Part shown: positions 45,449-55,700 of the stretch, one piece after another | Numbering within the stretch: position 1 is the first letter of the stretch | Layout of the letters: every line of letters starts with the position of its first letter | Source: Bacillales bacterium UBA4682 | Lineage (GTDB): Bacteria; Bacillota_I; Bacilli_A; RFN20; CAG-288 | DNA: 64,000 nucleotides | Assembly (NCBI GenBank): GCA_002404995.1 | Contig: DHKY01000014.1 | Location: 72,620-136,619, forward strand | Direction of reading: 5' to 3' | The notes under the pieces: model-generated | What the model saw: the letters and a program-made list of their open reading frames with translations, nothing else | Database searches by the model: none | What the model was told of the DNA's origin: nothing | Made by a program: the position numbers and the translations under genes

Positions 45449-48400
45449 ATGAATCCGAAACTATTTCGTGGATTAACTGTTGTCAGTGCTTTCTTCCTAG
45501 CATCAAGCGTCAGGGCAAGTACTTTAAGGGAAAAGTATGCAACCCAGCTTGACCAGACTTTGGGAACAAAGTCTAGCGAAACCCGCTATGAGAAGGTCGA
45601 CGATGGTGATCAATCTGACCCGTGGAACTTCAAAGGAAAGTTCAAAACGGCCAAGGAAGCAGTCGAAGGCTACAAGGAATTCTCTATCCGTGAAGCCCAG
45701 GAGACTTTCGCTCTCTTAAAGAACGAGAACGCAGCTCTTCCGCTGAAGAAGAACGCCAAGATTACCAGGATGGGATTACGTTCCTACGCTCCTGTCTATG
45801 GAAACTCCGGTGGTTCTATTCCGGATAAGAACATCATCGACAATGGGAACAAGATCTTCGAAGCTTTCAAGGCAAGAGGATTCGATCTCAATCCGAGCAG
45901 GTTCAAAGCCTATGAAAACTACTTCAAGGATAAAGCCTGGGGCGGAAAAGGATTCGGTGCGACTCCGGCTGAATACTCCGATGTTACCGTTACCGATTCT
46001 GTTGCGGAACTCTCCTTAGCAGAATTAAAGGAAAGCAATCCGGACTTCAACAAGGACTACGGTTCTTATTCCGATGCAGCCGTTGTCGTTGTCGGACGTC
46101 CTGGCGGAGAATCCAAGACTTACGATGTCGGAGCTAATCCGGAAACGACTACTGGGAACATCAGGGGTCTCTCCGATAAGGAAAAGGAAATCATCAAAGA
46201 AGCCGAAGACCACTTCGACAAAGTCATTGTCCTTGTCAACTCCACTACGACCAGGGAAATCGAAGAACTCAAAAACGATCCGAATATTGATTCTATCCTC
46301 TGGATCGGTTATCCGGGCGCTTATGGTTTCTTAGCAGTTGCAGATGTCTTAAACGGAACGGTCTCTCCGAGCGCTTACTTAGGCGACATCTATACCGCTA
46401 ACAACAAGACCAATCCGGCAAGGCAGTCCTTCGGTAACATTCCGTGGGCAAATGCAGCTGACTTCGAATCTGCTGAAAACGTCAATTCCTACTTAGTCGA
46501 AGCAGAGGGCATCTACCAAGGATACCGTTACTATGAAACCCGTTATAACGATATCGTCAACGGAAGGTACAATGCCCAGAGTGCAAAAGCCGGAACCTAT
46601 ACGACTGCTGATTCCAAAGTCGCTACGGTCGACGGCAACTGGAACTATGACTATGAAGTGACCTATCCGTTCGGCTACGGATTAAGCTACACCACTTTCG
46701 AGCAGACTCTTGATGAAGTCAAGATCGATGGCAACAAGAAAAATGCCCTAGTTACCGTCACGGTCAAGAACACCGGAAAGGTCAATGGCAAGAAAGCTAT
46801 CCAGCTTTACGCTCAGACTCCTTATACCGAATACGACCGTACCAACGGAGTCGAAAAAGCCGCCATCCAGCTTGTCGATTACGAAAAAACGAAAGAACTC
46901 AAGCCAAACGAAAGCCAGACCATCACCCTTCATGTCGATAGGTCAAACATTGCTTCCTATGACTACAAGAAGGCCAAGACCTGGATTCTCGATGCTGGCG
47001 AATATTCCTTCGCAATCGGCGACAACTCTCACGATGCTTTGAACAACATCCTCGCAAAGCAAGGCAAGACAACCGCCAATGGCAGGGACTACAACGGCGA
47101 CAGCAGCAAAGTCTATTCTTGGAACTGGACCGAATTCGATAGCGCTACGTTTGCCTATTCGGAAACTGGAAAGGAAATCACGAACCAGCTCTCCGATGGA
47201 GATTACTCCAGGGATTTGAATACCTTCAAGCCAAATACTGTCACCTATTTCTCCCGTTCTGATTTCAACGGAACTTTCCCGAAATCCTATGAAGGTCTTT
47301 CTGCCGATGGTCGTCTCAAAGAGCTTCTCAAGAACGACTTCATTCAGTTAAAGACCGATGAAGACACTTCGGACGTCAAGTTCGGTGATACTTCTTCCTC
47401 CTTGACTTTAGCGGATCTCAAAGGCGCCGATTTCTCTGATCCACGCTTTGATGAACTTGCCAACAAAGTCACTGTTGACGAATTCTTAGACTTCGCAAGC
47501 AACGCTTTCCACAATATCCAGAAGATTGAATCGGTCGGATATGCTGGAAACAAAGCAGATGACGGCCCGGGCGGCAGTGATACAAGCTACCTTGATTCCG
47601 GTTCTTATCAGGGCAACAAGTTCACGGATACCGACGAAGCAAAAGTCGGCGAAAACAAGTACAGGGGAACCCGTACTGCTCCGACTCCTCAGAACTTAGC
47701 CTATTCCTTCAACAAGGAATTAGCCTATGAAAACGGTGAAATCATCATCGGAGAAACCTCTCTGATCCTGAACCTTCCGATCATCATCGGTCCTGGTGGA
47801 AACCTCCATCGTCATGGATACAATGGACGTGGCGGAGAATACTATTCTGAAGATCCAATCCTCTCCGGCTATATCGGCTCTGCTGTTGTCCAGGGTGCCC
47901 AGTCCAAGGGCTGCCTTGTCAACATCAAACATGCTGCCTTCAACGATCAGGAACGTAACCGTTCTGGTATCGCTGTCTTCAGGAACGAACAGAAAGCACG
48001 TGAGTTAGAACTCCGCAACCTCAATGCCAGGTTCACTGCCAAAGGCAAACCAGCAAGCTTCTACGATGACGAAACCAAAGCCAATACGTATAAAAATGGT
48101 GCCTTAGGCGTCAGGACTTCCTATAACCGTATCGGTGCCGTTGCTTCTAGCGCAAACTATGCTGTCCAGCAGACCATCAGGCGTGATGAATGGGGATTCC
48201 ATGGTTACTCCGTTACCGATTTCACCGGTGTCTCCTTAAAGGCAGCTCCGAAGGAATCCATCCTTGCTGGAACTTGTGCCTTCTGCGGCTTTGGAAAACC
48301 GAGCCTTGACTACTGGAATACAGAATCCCTAACTAAGGATAAGAATAGGGCCAATGCAATCCACACCAACATCAAATATGTTCTCTATTCTCTTGCAAAC

Positions 48401-48571
48401 TCCAATGCCTTGAATGGTGTTAACTCCAGCTACAAGGCCTACACTGTCAAGCTCAACACTTGGTGGAGAACTGCCTATAAGGCTGCCATCATCACAACTT
48501 CCATCTTGACCGGTGCCTTTGTTGTCTTAACCGGTGTCTTCACCTTTGTCCGCAAGAAGGAGGAAAAATAA
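45449..48571 (+). CDS. Membrane-anchored glycoside hydrolase family 3 with permuted domain order (cassette 2)
   Basis: RBS AAAGGA. Signal peptide and C-terminal TM AIITTSILTGAFVVLTGVFTF. FPFGYGLSYTTF precedes HRHGYNGRGGEYYSEDPIL, KHAAFNDQE and GFHGYSVTDFTG. Paralogue of 31773-34772. Confidence 0.75.
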   Translation: MNPKLFRGLTVVSAFFLASSVRASTLREKYATQLDQTLGTKSSETRYEKVDDGDQSDPWNFKGKFKTAKEAVEGYKEFSIREAQETFALLKNENAALPLKKNAKITRMGLRSYAPVYGNSGGSIPDKNIIDNGNKIFEAFKARGFDLNPSRFKAYENYFKDKAWGGKGFGATPAEYSDVTVTDSVAELSLAELKESNPDFNKDYGSYSDAAVVVVGRPGGESKTYDVGANPETTTGNIRGLSDKEKEIIKEAEDHFDKVIVLVNSTTTREIEELKNDPNIDSILWIGYPGAYGFLAVADVLNGTVSPSAYLGDIYTANNKTNPARQSFGNIPWANAADFESAENVNSYLVEAEGIYQGYRYYETRYNDIVNGRYNAQSAKAGTYTTADSKVATVDGNWNYDYEVTYPFGYGLSYTTFEQTLDEVKIDGNKKNALVTVTVKNTGKVNGKKAIQLYAQTPYTEYDRTNGVEKAAIQLVDYEKTKELKPNESQTITLHVDRSNIASYDYKKAKTWILDAGEYSFAIGDNSHDALNNILAKQGKTTANGRDYNGDSSKVYSWNWTEFDSATFAYSETGKEITNQLSDGDYSRDLNTFKPNTVTYFSRSDFNGTFPKSYEGLSADGRLKELLKNDFIQLKTDEDTSDVKFGDTSSSLTLADLKGADFSDPRFDELANKVTVDEFLDFASNAFHNIQKIESVGYAGNKADDGPGGSDTSYLDSGSYQGNKFTDTDEAKVGENKYRGTRTAPTPQNLAYSFNKELAYENGEIIIGETSLILNLPIIIGPGGNLHRHGYNGRGGEYYSEDPILSGYIGSAVVQGAQSKGCLVNIKHAAFNDQERNRSGIAVFRNEQKARELELRNLNARFTAKGKPASFYDDETKANTYKNGALGVRTSYNRIGAVASSANYAVQQTIRRDEWGFHGYSVTDFTGVSLKAAPKESILAGTCAFCGFGKPSLDYWNTESLTKDKNRANAIHTNIKYVLYSLANSNALNGVNSSYKAYTVKLNTWWRTAYKAAIITTSILTGAFVVLTGVFTFVRKKEEK

Positions 48572-48572
48572 A

Positions 48573-49016
48573 ATGATGGCTAAACTGAAATCAAAGCTGA
48601 CCCTTCGCAACATTCTTCTTCTCTCTTCTGTCGTCATGCTCATCGTCGGATGGATCATCTATCTTGTTGTTGCCACTACGGGATACTTTGCCGGCAATAC
48701 GCCAGATGCCGCCGTCGTGACTCTCAGCATCTTCTACATTCTTATCGCTTTAGCCTTCATCTCCTTTGATGACAAGCTTCAGAAGTTCGATACGCTTTTC
48801 TTCTTCACGTTAGCCGCTTTCCTCATCTTAGCCTTTGTCTTCTTCGTCTTAGACAAGGAGGAAGTCATCGGCGATAGGTTAATTCCAGTCAACCATCCTC
48901 AGAAAGAAGTCGAAGCAGTCGGTGCTTCCATCACTGGAATCGTCTTCTATCTTCTCAGCATCATTCTCTTAATCGTTTCTTCCTTCTTATCCTTCAAGAA
49001 GAAAGCAGCAGAATAA
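48573..49016 (+). CDS. Small 4-TM membrane protein (cassette 2)
   Basis: RBS AAGGAGG within the GH3 3' end. ATGATG start 2 nt after the GH3 stop. Paralogous to 31355-31771. Confidence 0.55.
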   Translation: MMAKLKSKLTLRNILLLSSVVMLIVGWIIYLVVATTGYFAGNTPDAAVVTLSIFYILIALAFISFDDKLQKFDTLFFFTLAAFLILAFVFFVLDKEEVIGDRLIPVNHPQKEVEAVGASITGIVFYLLSIILLIVSSFLSFKKKAAE

Positions 49017-49028
49017 AAGAATCAGCAA

Positions 49029-49062
49029 AAACAGCAGGGGCATCGCTCCTGCTGTTTTTTAT
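49029..49062 (+). terminator. Rho-independent terminator after cassette 2
   Basis: Hairpin ACAGCAGG-GGCATCGCT-CCTGCTGT followed by a T6 run. Confidence 0.75.
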
Positions 49063-49082
49063 TATTCAAATTTGGCTATTAA

Positions 49083-49121
49083 AAAAGCCATCTTCTTATT
49101 TTTGATAAGAGGATGGCTTTT
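49083..49121 (-). terminator. Rho-independent terminator for the GH2 gene
   Basis: Hairpin AAAGCCATCTTCTTA...TAAGAGGATGGCTTT with flanking T/A runs. Confidence 0.55.
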
Positions 49122-49125
49122 TATT

Positions 49126-51534
49126 CTAGATATGAAGGTCTTTTTCTTCTAATCCCTGATAGACAGGAACAGAGACGGAAGTATCTCCGTATTTGGTACG
49201 GAACGTGATTTTCCTTGTCCCTTCATCAATGGTCGGCTTGAGGATCGCCTGAGCTTTTCCATAATAGGCCTTTGTCTTGGTTCCCTGGTAACTATCCTTG
49301 TAATATGGACACCCGTTTCCAAGTCCGAGAAGAGCACAGTTTTCCCTTCCAATCACTTCGATGTCATTGTTTTCTAATGGTTTAACATTGCCTTTCCTGT
49401 CGGTGAAAAGAAGTTTCAGGTAACAGAGTTCTTCACTGGAAATTTTTTCTTTTTCCGGCACGACAGAGAATTTTGTCTCTTTCTCTAGACTGGATAAGGA
49501 GCATTTTCCAATTTCCTTATGGTTTTTATCATAGCCAATCGCAGTCAGCGTTCCCGGGACATACTTGATCTTTATGCGATAGGTTCCGTCTTTGCTATTT
49601 CCTTTTTTCTTCTTAGCAATCCTTTTTCCATTCTGGTAAAGTTCCACGTAATCTGCCTGAGAATAGATTTCGGCTTCCGTCTTCTTGTTTTCATATCCTG
49701 GGAAATCATAACTTTCCAGTGCCCAGCTGAACTTCCAGCTAGAAGGCGAATGACCTAAGGCATAATCTTTCGGAGATACGCAGGCTAGGGAAATCACCTT
49801 CTGGCGGAAGGCGGTCTCGGTGTAACTCCTCTCGGCGCTGACATCTCCGAGGATATCGATTCTTCCGGAACCCGCTAAAAGCCAGCCGGCTTTGTCTTCC
49901 TTGATGTCTTCGCTTTCACAGGCAACCCAGCTTCCGACGCCGGCTTCTCCGATATAATCCCAGCCGGACCAGACAAAGTCTCCAATCAGGCGCGGATTCT
50001 TTTCTGCCCTAGCATAGAATTTCCCGGCATCCGCACAGAAGGTCTCGCTTCCTAAGATAAAACGATGCGGATACTTCTTCAGGTCATGCTTATAACGCTT
50101 GATGCCATAGTTGTATCCTGCAACATCGAGCTGGGCAAAGGCGCCTCTTGTCTTCCGGTCGGACTGTGGAAGTGTGGCACCGCTTTTCCTGAAGTCAGCT
50201 CCTAAGATACCGGCAAGATTGTTGAAGAACTCGCTTCCGACGGATTTCTTTTTCTGTTTTGGTTTGGCTTTTGCATTTTTGTCTGCTTTCTTATCCGAAT
50301 AAACACCAAAGCCCCAGCTGAAGAGTGCGTTGAAGAAAATATTGATTCCGCAAGTACAAGGTCTTGTACCATCGATGGAGTGGAGATATTCGGTCCTCGT
50401 CTTCACAAATTCAATTCCTTTTTTCTGAGAGGTCTCAGCAACTTCATTTCCTTCAGAATAAAGAATCACACATGGATGGTTGTAATCTTTATCAACCCTG
50501 TCTTTCAGATCCTGTTTGTAATAGGTAAGGCCATAGGATGCATAATCGTATTTTGTTTTGTGAATATACCAACAATCGGCGAATTCATCCCTGACCAGCC
50601 TGCCAAGGCGGTCACAGGCTTCCAGCCTGGTCTGAGAGATCGGGTTATGGGCGGAACGGATTGCATTGTAGCCTGCTTCTTTCCTGATTGCGACTTTGCG
50701 GAAGCTTGCCGTCTTATTATCGATAGCACCAAGCAGGCCGTTATCATGATGGACACAGGCGCCGAAAAGAATCACTCTCTTTCCATTCAGGAGCAGTCCG
50801 TCTTTTTCGTTTAATGAGATTTCCCGGATACCGAATAGGCTCTCTGCTTCATCCTTCCCTGCAAAACTGACTTTTGCAGTGTACAGATAAGGATGATTCC
50901 TATCCCAAAGATGAGGGTTATTGACCTGAATTTCCTCTTTCAGGCTGTCTTTGTCATGGAATTCCTCCTGGTAAACAACCTGGTTATCCCTGTCATGGAT
51001 TTCGATTTTTCCATTTCCTTTTTCAGAAAAAGAGCAGGAAAGAGAAATCAGACCCTTCTGGTAGTCTACTGTCTTGACTTTCAATGAGCGGGGAAGAATA
51101 TGCCTTTTCGGAAGAACAAAGAGATGGACCGGCCGATAGATTCCCGAACCGCTGTACCAGCGGGAATTAGGCTGAGCAGAATTATCGGCAATCACCTCAA
51201 TGCGGTTTTCTCCGTCCTTCACAAAGGACGTTGCATCGAAATAAAAATCCGAATAGCCATAAGGGCGATAATAGGCTTCTTTTCCGTTCAGGAAGATTCT
51301 GCCGTTCCTATAGATTCCCTCGAATTCGAAATAGACTCTATCGCCCTCTTTCAAGAAAAGAGAGAATTCTTTTTCGTAATGATATTTTCCGCCTTCGAAA
51401 TAGGATACATTGACTCCGCCGGGATTATTGATATCCCGCTTTTCGGATATCCTAGCATCATGCGGCAAGGTAACCCTTTTTCCTTCTTCTTTATGTCCGT
51501 CTTTATAGAAAAACCAGTTATCATTAAAAAACAT
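49126..51534 (-). CDS. Glycoside hydrolase family 2 (beta-galactosidase/beta-glucuronidase-like)
   Basis: RBS GAGGAG. N-terminal MFFNDNWFFY...LPHDA. GH2 acid/base region NHPCVILYSEGNE. Confidence 0.75.
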   Translation of the reverse strand: MFFNDNWFFYKDGHKEEGKRVTLPHDARISEKRDINNPGGVNVSYFEGGKYHYEKEFSLFLKEGDRVYFEFEGIYRNGRIFLNGKEAYYRPYGYSDFYFDATSFVKDGENRIEVIADNSAQPNSRWYSGSGIYRPVHLFVLPKRHILPRSLKVKTVDYQKGLISLSCSFSEKGNGKIEIHDRDNQVVYQEEFHDKDSLKEEIQVNNPHLWDRNHPYLYTAKVSFAGKDEAESLFGIREISLNEKDGLLLNGKRVILFGACVHHDNGLLGAIDNKTASFRKVAIRKEAGYNAIRSAHNPISQTRLEACDRLGRLVRDEFADCWYIHKTKYDYASYGLTYYKQDLKDRVDKDYNHPCVILYSEGNEVAETSQKKGIEFVKTRTEYLHSIDGTRPCTCGINIFFNALFSWGFGVYSDKKADKNAKAKPKQKKKSVGSEFFNNLAGILGADFRKSGATLPQSDRKTRGAFAQLDVAGYNYGIKRYKHDLKKYPHRFILGSETFCADAGKFYARAEKNPRLIGDFVWSGWDYIGEAGVGSWVACESEDIKEDKAGWLLAGSGRIDILGDVSAERSYTETAFRQKVISLACVSPKDYALGHSPSSWKFSWALESYDFPGYENKKTEAEIYSQADYVELYQNGKRIAKKKKGNSKDGTYRIKIKYVPGTLTAIGYDKNHKEIGKCSLSSLEKETKFSVVPEKEKISSEELCYLKLLFTDRKGNVKPLENNDIEVIGRENCALLGLGNGCPYYKDSYQGTKTKAYYGKAQAILKPTIDEGTRKITFRTKYGDTSVSVPVYQGLEEKDLHI

Positions 51535-51682
51535 ACGTGCTCCTCATTTCTTTGCTATTATATCGGAACATTCTAAGGGCTTACATTATTTGTCGCAATT
51601 TGTTTGTTTTCTGTCATAAATCACCCATTCTCCTAACCCCTTCTTTGCTATACTAAGTGCAGAAAGAGGACTATCACCTATA

Positions 51683-53179
51683 ATGAAACAAGCAAGAAAT
51701 CCATATACTCCTAGGAGAACTTATATTCCGGATGGAGAAGTGCATGTCTTTGGCGATCGAGCCTATCTTTTCGGTTCCCACGACAAGGAAAACGGTGAGA
51801 CTTACTGCAGGCTATCCTATGAAGTCTTTAGCGCGCCGATCAACGATTTGACGACTTGGACAAGCAAAGGAATCAATTATTCTTCTTCTCAGGATCCCAT
51901 AGCAGTGAAGACCAATCGTCCTTACAGGTATGCACCGGACTGTGTCAAAGGAAAAGACGGAAGATACTATCTTTATTACTGCCTTGGCGGAAAGAAAACG
52001 AAAGGCCTCTATGATGGTCCGATTTCGGTTGCCGTTTCCGCCACTCCTGATGGAAAATATGAGTTCTACGGACATGTAAGAAACAAAGACGGCTCCTTGT
52101 TCAATGACCACATCGTGTTCGATCCTGCCGTCCTAAACGATGATGGAATCATCCGGCTATATTACGGAACCTATTATCCTTTTTCCTCTTTCAAGCGGTT
52201 TCTTAGACCAGTCAGGAGAATCATCGAAGGCTGCTTTATCCATCGTACTCCGAAGCAGATCAAGGCATACAACGATAAAATCAGGGGAGCGTATACAGTC
52301 CGCCTTGAAGACGATAGGCTGACCGTCTCCTCCTCACCGAAACCAGTAAGGGACTGCTACTCCAAAATCGGTCCTTTCAAGACAAGAAGGACTATTTTTC
52401 CCCGTTCCTCCCATAACAGGCAGGGCCATGGATTTTTCGAGGCTTCCTCTATCCGGAAAATCAATGGGAAATACTATTTCGTCTATTCCTCTAGGAATAA
52501 TCATGAACTCTGTTATGCGACAAGCGATTATCCGGATAAGGCATTCCACTACGGAGGGGTTCTTGTTTCAAACGGAGATGTCGGATACCACGGAAGAAAA
52601 GAAAAAGACCGACTGAACTATACCGCTACCAATCACGGATGCATCGAGAGAATCAATCAATCCCTCTATGTCTTCTATCATAAGGAAACACACGGAAGCG
52701 ACTATTCAAGAGTCGCTTGCGCTGAGAATATCAAGATCCGAGAAGACGGAAGCATTCCTCAAGCTGAGATTACTTCCTGCGGACTGAATAAGGGAGACCT
52801 TGTCGGAAAGGGATATTATGACGCTTTCTATGCCACCTATATCACAAATGGAAGAAGGCCGAACCGAAACAACACCAAAAAGAAACGAATTCCTAGGCTG
52901 ACAAACAATCAAAGGGAATGTTATCTGACCAATCTGAAAAAGAACTGTATTGTCGGATACCGGTATTATGATTTAAAAGGTACAGAAAAGCTAATTCTTA
53001 CCGCCCGAGGAAGAGGTATCGTTATTGTAAAGACAAACCATTCCCAAGGAACAAAGCTAAACATCGATTCAAAAGATTTTTATAATTACAGGATTCAATT
53101 TACTGGAAACTGCCACGAAGAAATCCAATTCCGTGTTTTAAAAGGAAACCTCGAAATCAAGGGGTTTTCCTTAGAATAG
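51683..53179 (+). CDS. Beta-propeller glycoside hydrolase, GH43-like
   Basis: N-terminal NPYTPRRTYIPDGEVHVFGDRAYLFGSHD and the blade-like repeat pattern resemble GH43-clan five-bladed propellers. Weak call. Confidence 0.4.
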   Translation: MKQARNPYTPRRTYIPDGEVHVFGDRAYLFGSHDKENGETYCRLSYEVFSAPINDLTTWTSKGINYSSSQDPIAVKTNRPYRYAPDCVKGKDGRYYLYYCLGGKKTKGLYDGPISVAVSATPDGKYEFYGHVRNKDGSLFNDHIVFDPAVLNDDGIIRLYYGTYYPFSSFKRFLRPVRRIIEGCFIHRTPKQIKAYNDKIRGAYTVRLEDDRLTVSSSPKPVRDCYSKIGPFKTRRTIFPRSSHNRQGHGFFEASSIRKINGKYYFVYSSRNNHELCYATSDYPDKAFHYGGVLVSNGDVGYHGRKEKDRLNYTATNHGCIERINQSLYVFYHKETHGSDYSRVACAENIKIREDGSIPQAEITSCGLNKGDLVGKGYYDAFYATYITNGRRPNRNNTKKKRIPRLTNNQRECYLTNLKKNCIVGYRYYDLKGTEKLILTARGRGIVIVKTNHSQGTKLNIDSKDFYNYRIQFTGNCHEEIQFRVLKGNLEIKGFSLE

Positions 53180-53357
53180 AACGATTTTCTGTTTCTGTCA
53201 CTCCGCTTAGGACATATGTCTGTCCCAAAGTCAGTTTTTTTGTTGTGAAACGCAAAGAACAAATGTAACCAAAAAAAGCAAGCTTAGATTCCAAGCGCTT
53301 TTTTACCAGTTGATTTTAAACGCTTACAAAGCTAAAATGAACATGTTCATAAAGGGT

Positions 53358-53903
53358 ATGCCGAAAATAATCAATCACGCAGAAGAAGCCATTCTGCAAA
53401 GCGCACGAGAAGAGCTGAAAGAAAATCCGAAGTCTTTTTCAATGCGTAAGATCGCATCGAAAGCTCAGATTGCGGTGGGAACGATTTACCACTACTTTCC
53501 GGACAAGGTGGATTTGATTGCTGCGATTCTCCTGGAAGATTGGAAAAAGAGGTACTCAACCGCAGAAAAAGAGGTTCTTCTTTTCTCTTCCATCGAGGGA
53601 TTAGTTGAAATCATCTATCACCTGATTCTCGACTTCAAGGACAAGAACCAAGAGGTCTTTTCTTCTTATCGCGACAGCCAAGGATTGAAAGACTATCCCA
53701 AACTTCATCAAAGGTTTATCAGCGAACTTGTCTCCTTATTCCAAAAAGGAAAAGAACACCTTCAAAGGAAGAAGGAAGACAGCATTGACAATCTTGTCAT
53801 GGAAAGGATGCTCATCCAAAGGCGCAGTCAATCAATTGATTATTCGACCCTTTTAAATGCTATTTCAAAAATCATCGGAGGTAAAAATGAAAAGCAACTT
53901 TAA
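53358..53903 (+). CDS. TetR/AcrR-family transcriptional regulator
   Basis: HTH SMRKIASKAQIAVGTIYHYFPDKVDLIAAIL. Start ambiguous; the ORF is open from 53310. Confidence 0.6.
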   Translation: MPKIINHAEEAILQSAREELKENPKSFSMRKIASKAQIAVGTIYHYFPDKVDLIAAILLEDWKKRYSTAEKEVLLFSSIEGLVEIIYHLILDFKDKNQEVFSSYRDSQGLKDYPKLHQRFISELVSLFQKGKEHLQRKKEDSIDNLVMERMLIQRRSQSIDYSTLLNAISKIIGGKNEKQL

Positions 53904-54816
53904 GAATCTGGATCCGAAAGACAATTTCTATCAGACTTCCCTCTTCTTCCCAAGGCCGGTGGTCAGGGTTGGTACTTTGACGAAAGACGGCAAGACGACG
54001 CTTGGTCCGTACTCTCTTCTCGCTCCTTATTACATTGCCGGAAAAGAATACTATGCCAGGCTCCTTGAATGCCGCAATTCTTCCAACACGGCTCAGAACA
54101 TTCTCCGGGAAGGAAAGTGCACACTGAACTTCTTCCCGGATGACTCTAAATTATTCAAGGAAGCCGTTAGAAGGGGTTGGCCGGGAGATACTCCGGAAGA
54201 GAAGAGGAAAAACTGCATTTTCCATTTGGAAGACAGCCAGAGCCAAAGGGAACATCCCAATGAGAAATATCCTCAGATTGTCAGCGAATCCTTCCAGGTC
54301 ATCGAATGCACTTGGAGGAGAGAGCTCGACAATGCCCAAGATGATAAGCCCGGCGAATTGAACGGATACGAAGGACCCTATCACAACTTCAACGGCATCA
54401 CTTCGAAATTCGGCGCCCACTTCATCTTACGCATCGATCATATCGACAGGAAAGAGAAATACTGGAACTCCATCGTCAACGGGGTCAACCACAACAACTT
54501 CCCACGTGTCCCGGTCGATTACGGCTATCGGGACAGCAAGAATTTCTGGTGTTCGAAGTTCAAAAAGCCCCATGGTGAAAGGCTGCCAAGGCGTGAGACC
54601 AGCCTGGAATCGGTCCGTTATGCAGCCAAGCGTCTGCAGACAGATGTCCAATTCACGGATGATGCCTTGAAGCGTCTTGTCAAAGTCCCTCGCATCTTCC
54701 TTCCTACTGCCTTAAAAGGATGTGTGAAATGGGCAGAAGAACACAACGTGAAAGTCATTACCGAAAAGGAAATGATTATCATCAACGATAAACGTGCAAA
54801 AGAAAAGAACAAATAA
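53887..54816 (+). CDS. Hypothetical protein with an N-terminal flavin-reductase-like fold
   Basis: RBS GGAGGT before MKSNFKNL. FFPRPVVRVGTLTKDGKTTLGPYSLLAPYY resembles the flavin reductase-like domain. Confidence 0.4.
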   Translation: MKSNFKNLDPKDNFYQTSLFFPRPVVRVGTLTKDGKTTLGPYSLLAPYYIAGKEYYARLLECRNSSNTAQNILREGKCTLNFFPDDSKLFKEAVRRGWPGDTPEEKRKNCIFHLEDSQSQREHPNEKYPQIVSESFQVIECTWRRELDNAQDDKPGELNGYEGPYHNFNGITSKFGAHFILRIDHIDRKEKYWNSIVNGVNHNNFPRVPVDYGYRDSKNFWCSKFKKPHGERLPRRETSLESVRYAAKRLQTDVQFTDDALKRLVKVPRIFLPTALKGCVKWAEEHNVKVITEKEMIIINDKRAKEKNK

Positions 54817-54836
54817 AAAGCAAAGGAAACCGAGAA

Positions 54837-55700
54837 ATGAAAATTGCAATTGCTGGTGCCTTCGGACATCTTGGCTACGATATCCTGAAGGAAGCCATTG
54901 AGAAGAATTACGAAGTCATTGCACTGGATTTGAAAGAAAAAGACAATCCATATCAGGGAAAGTATCTCTTCCATCCAATCGATGTCACCAAAAAAGAAAC
55001 CCTAGCCGGATTATTGGATGGTGTCGATGTTCTTGTCTCTACCGTTGGTCTTGTCTCAAAAAGCGCTACCCTTACAAACTACGACATTGACTATCAAGGA
55101 AACAGGAATCTTCTGGAAGAAGCCAAAAAGAACAAGGTCAAGAAGTTTGTCTATGTCTCAGTTATCCATGCCGAGACCGCCAAAGATGTTCCAAGGTTAG
55201 ACAGTAAATTTCAGTTCGAGGAGAAGCTGAAAGCCTCTGGCAGGAATTACAGCATTGTCCGTCCGACCGGCTATTTCTATGATATCGCCCATGTCTTCAG
55301 GCCAAGGATTGAAAAAGGAAAGGTCACTCTTCTCGGAAGAAAGAGCTATCCTGTCAATGTCATCGACACAAGCGATCTCGCCGACTTCATCCTGAAAAAG
55401 GCAGCCGAAGAAGGAAACTCCTTCGATGAAATCGGCGGAAAGGAAACTTACACCTACGAAGAAATTGCAAAGAGGTTCTTTGCAGCAGCCGGCAAGAAGG
55501 CAAAGATATCAAGAGCACCGGTTTTCCTCTTTGATCTGATTATCAAGAAAGCAGCAAAGAAAAAGGATGGGTCCGAAGCCATCATCCGTTTCTCCAAATG
55601 GACCCTGACGCATGAAAGGGAAGGAAAGGTCAAATACGGCACAAGGTCATTCAAGGACTATATTTTCGCCCTCTATTCGAAGAAAGGGGAAGGAAAATGA
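54837..55700 (+). CDS. NAD(P)-binding NmrA-like / atypical SDR protein
   Basis: MKIAIAGAFGHLGYDILKEAIEKNYEVIALDL Rossmann N-terminus. Length typical of NmrA/PhzF-like reductases. Confidence 0.65.
   Translation: MKIAIAGAFGHLGYDILKEAIEKNYEVIALDLKEKDNPYQGKYLFHPIDVTKKETLAGLLDGVDVLVSTVGLVSKSATLTNYDIDYQGNRNLLEEAKKNKVKKFVYVSVIHAETAKDVPRLDSKFQFEEKLKASGRNYSIVRPTGYFYDIAHVFRPRIEKGKVTLLGRKSYPVNVIDTSDLADFILKKAAEEGNSFDEIGGKETYTYEEIAKRFFAAAGKKAKISRAPVFLFDLIIKKAAKKKDGSEAIIRFSKWTLTHEREGKVKYGTRSFKDYIFALYSKKGEGK

Noticed and set aside
31355-49016. Possibility that the two cassettes are a recent repeat, a mobile element, or an invertible segment
   Set aside because: The copies are strongly diverged at the protein level and must therefore be more so at the DNA level. 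There is no transposase, integrase or recombinase and there are no terminal inverted repeats. I treat them as ancient paralogues, not a mobile or invertible element.
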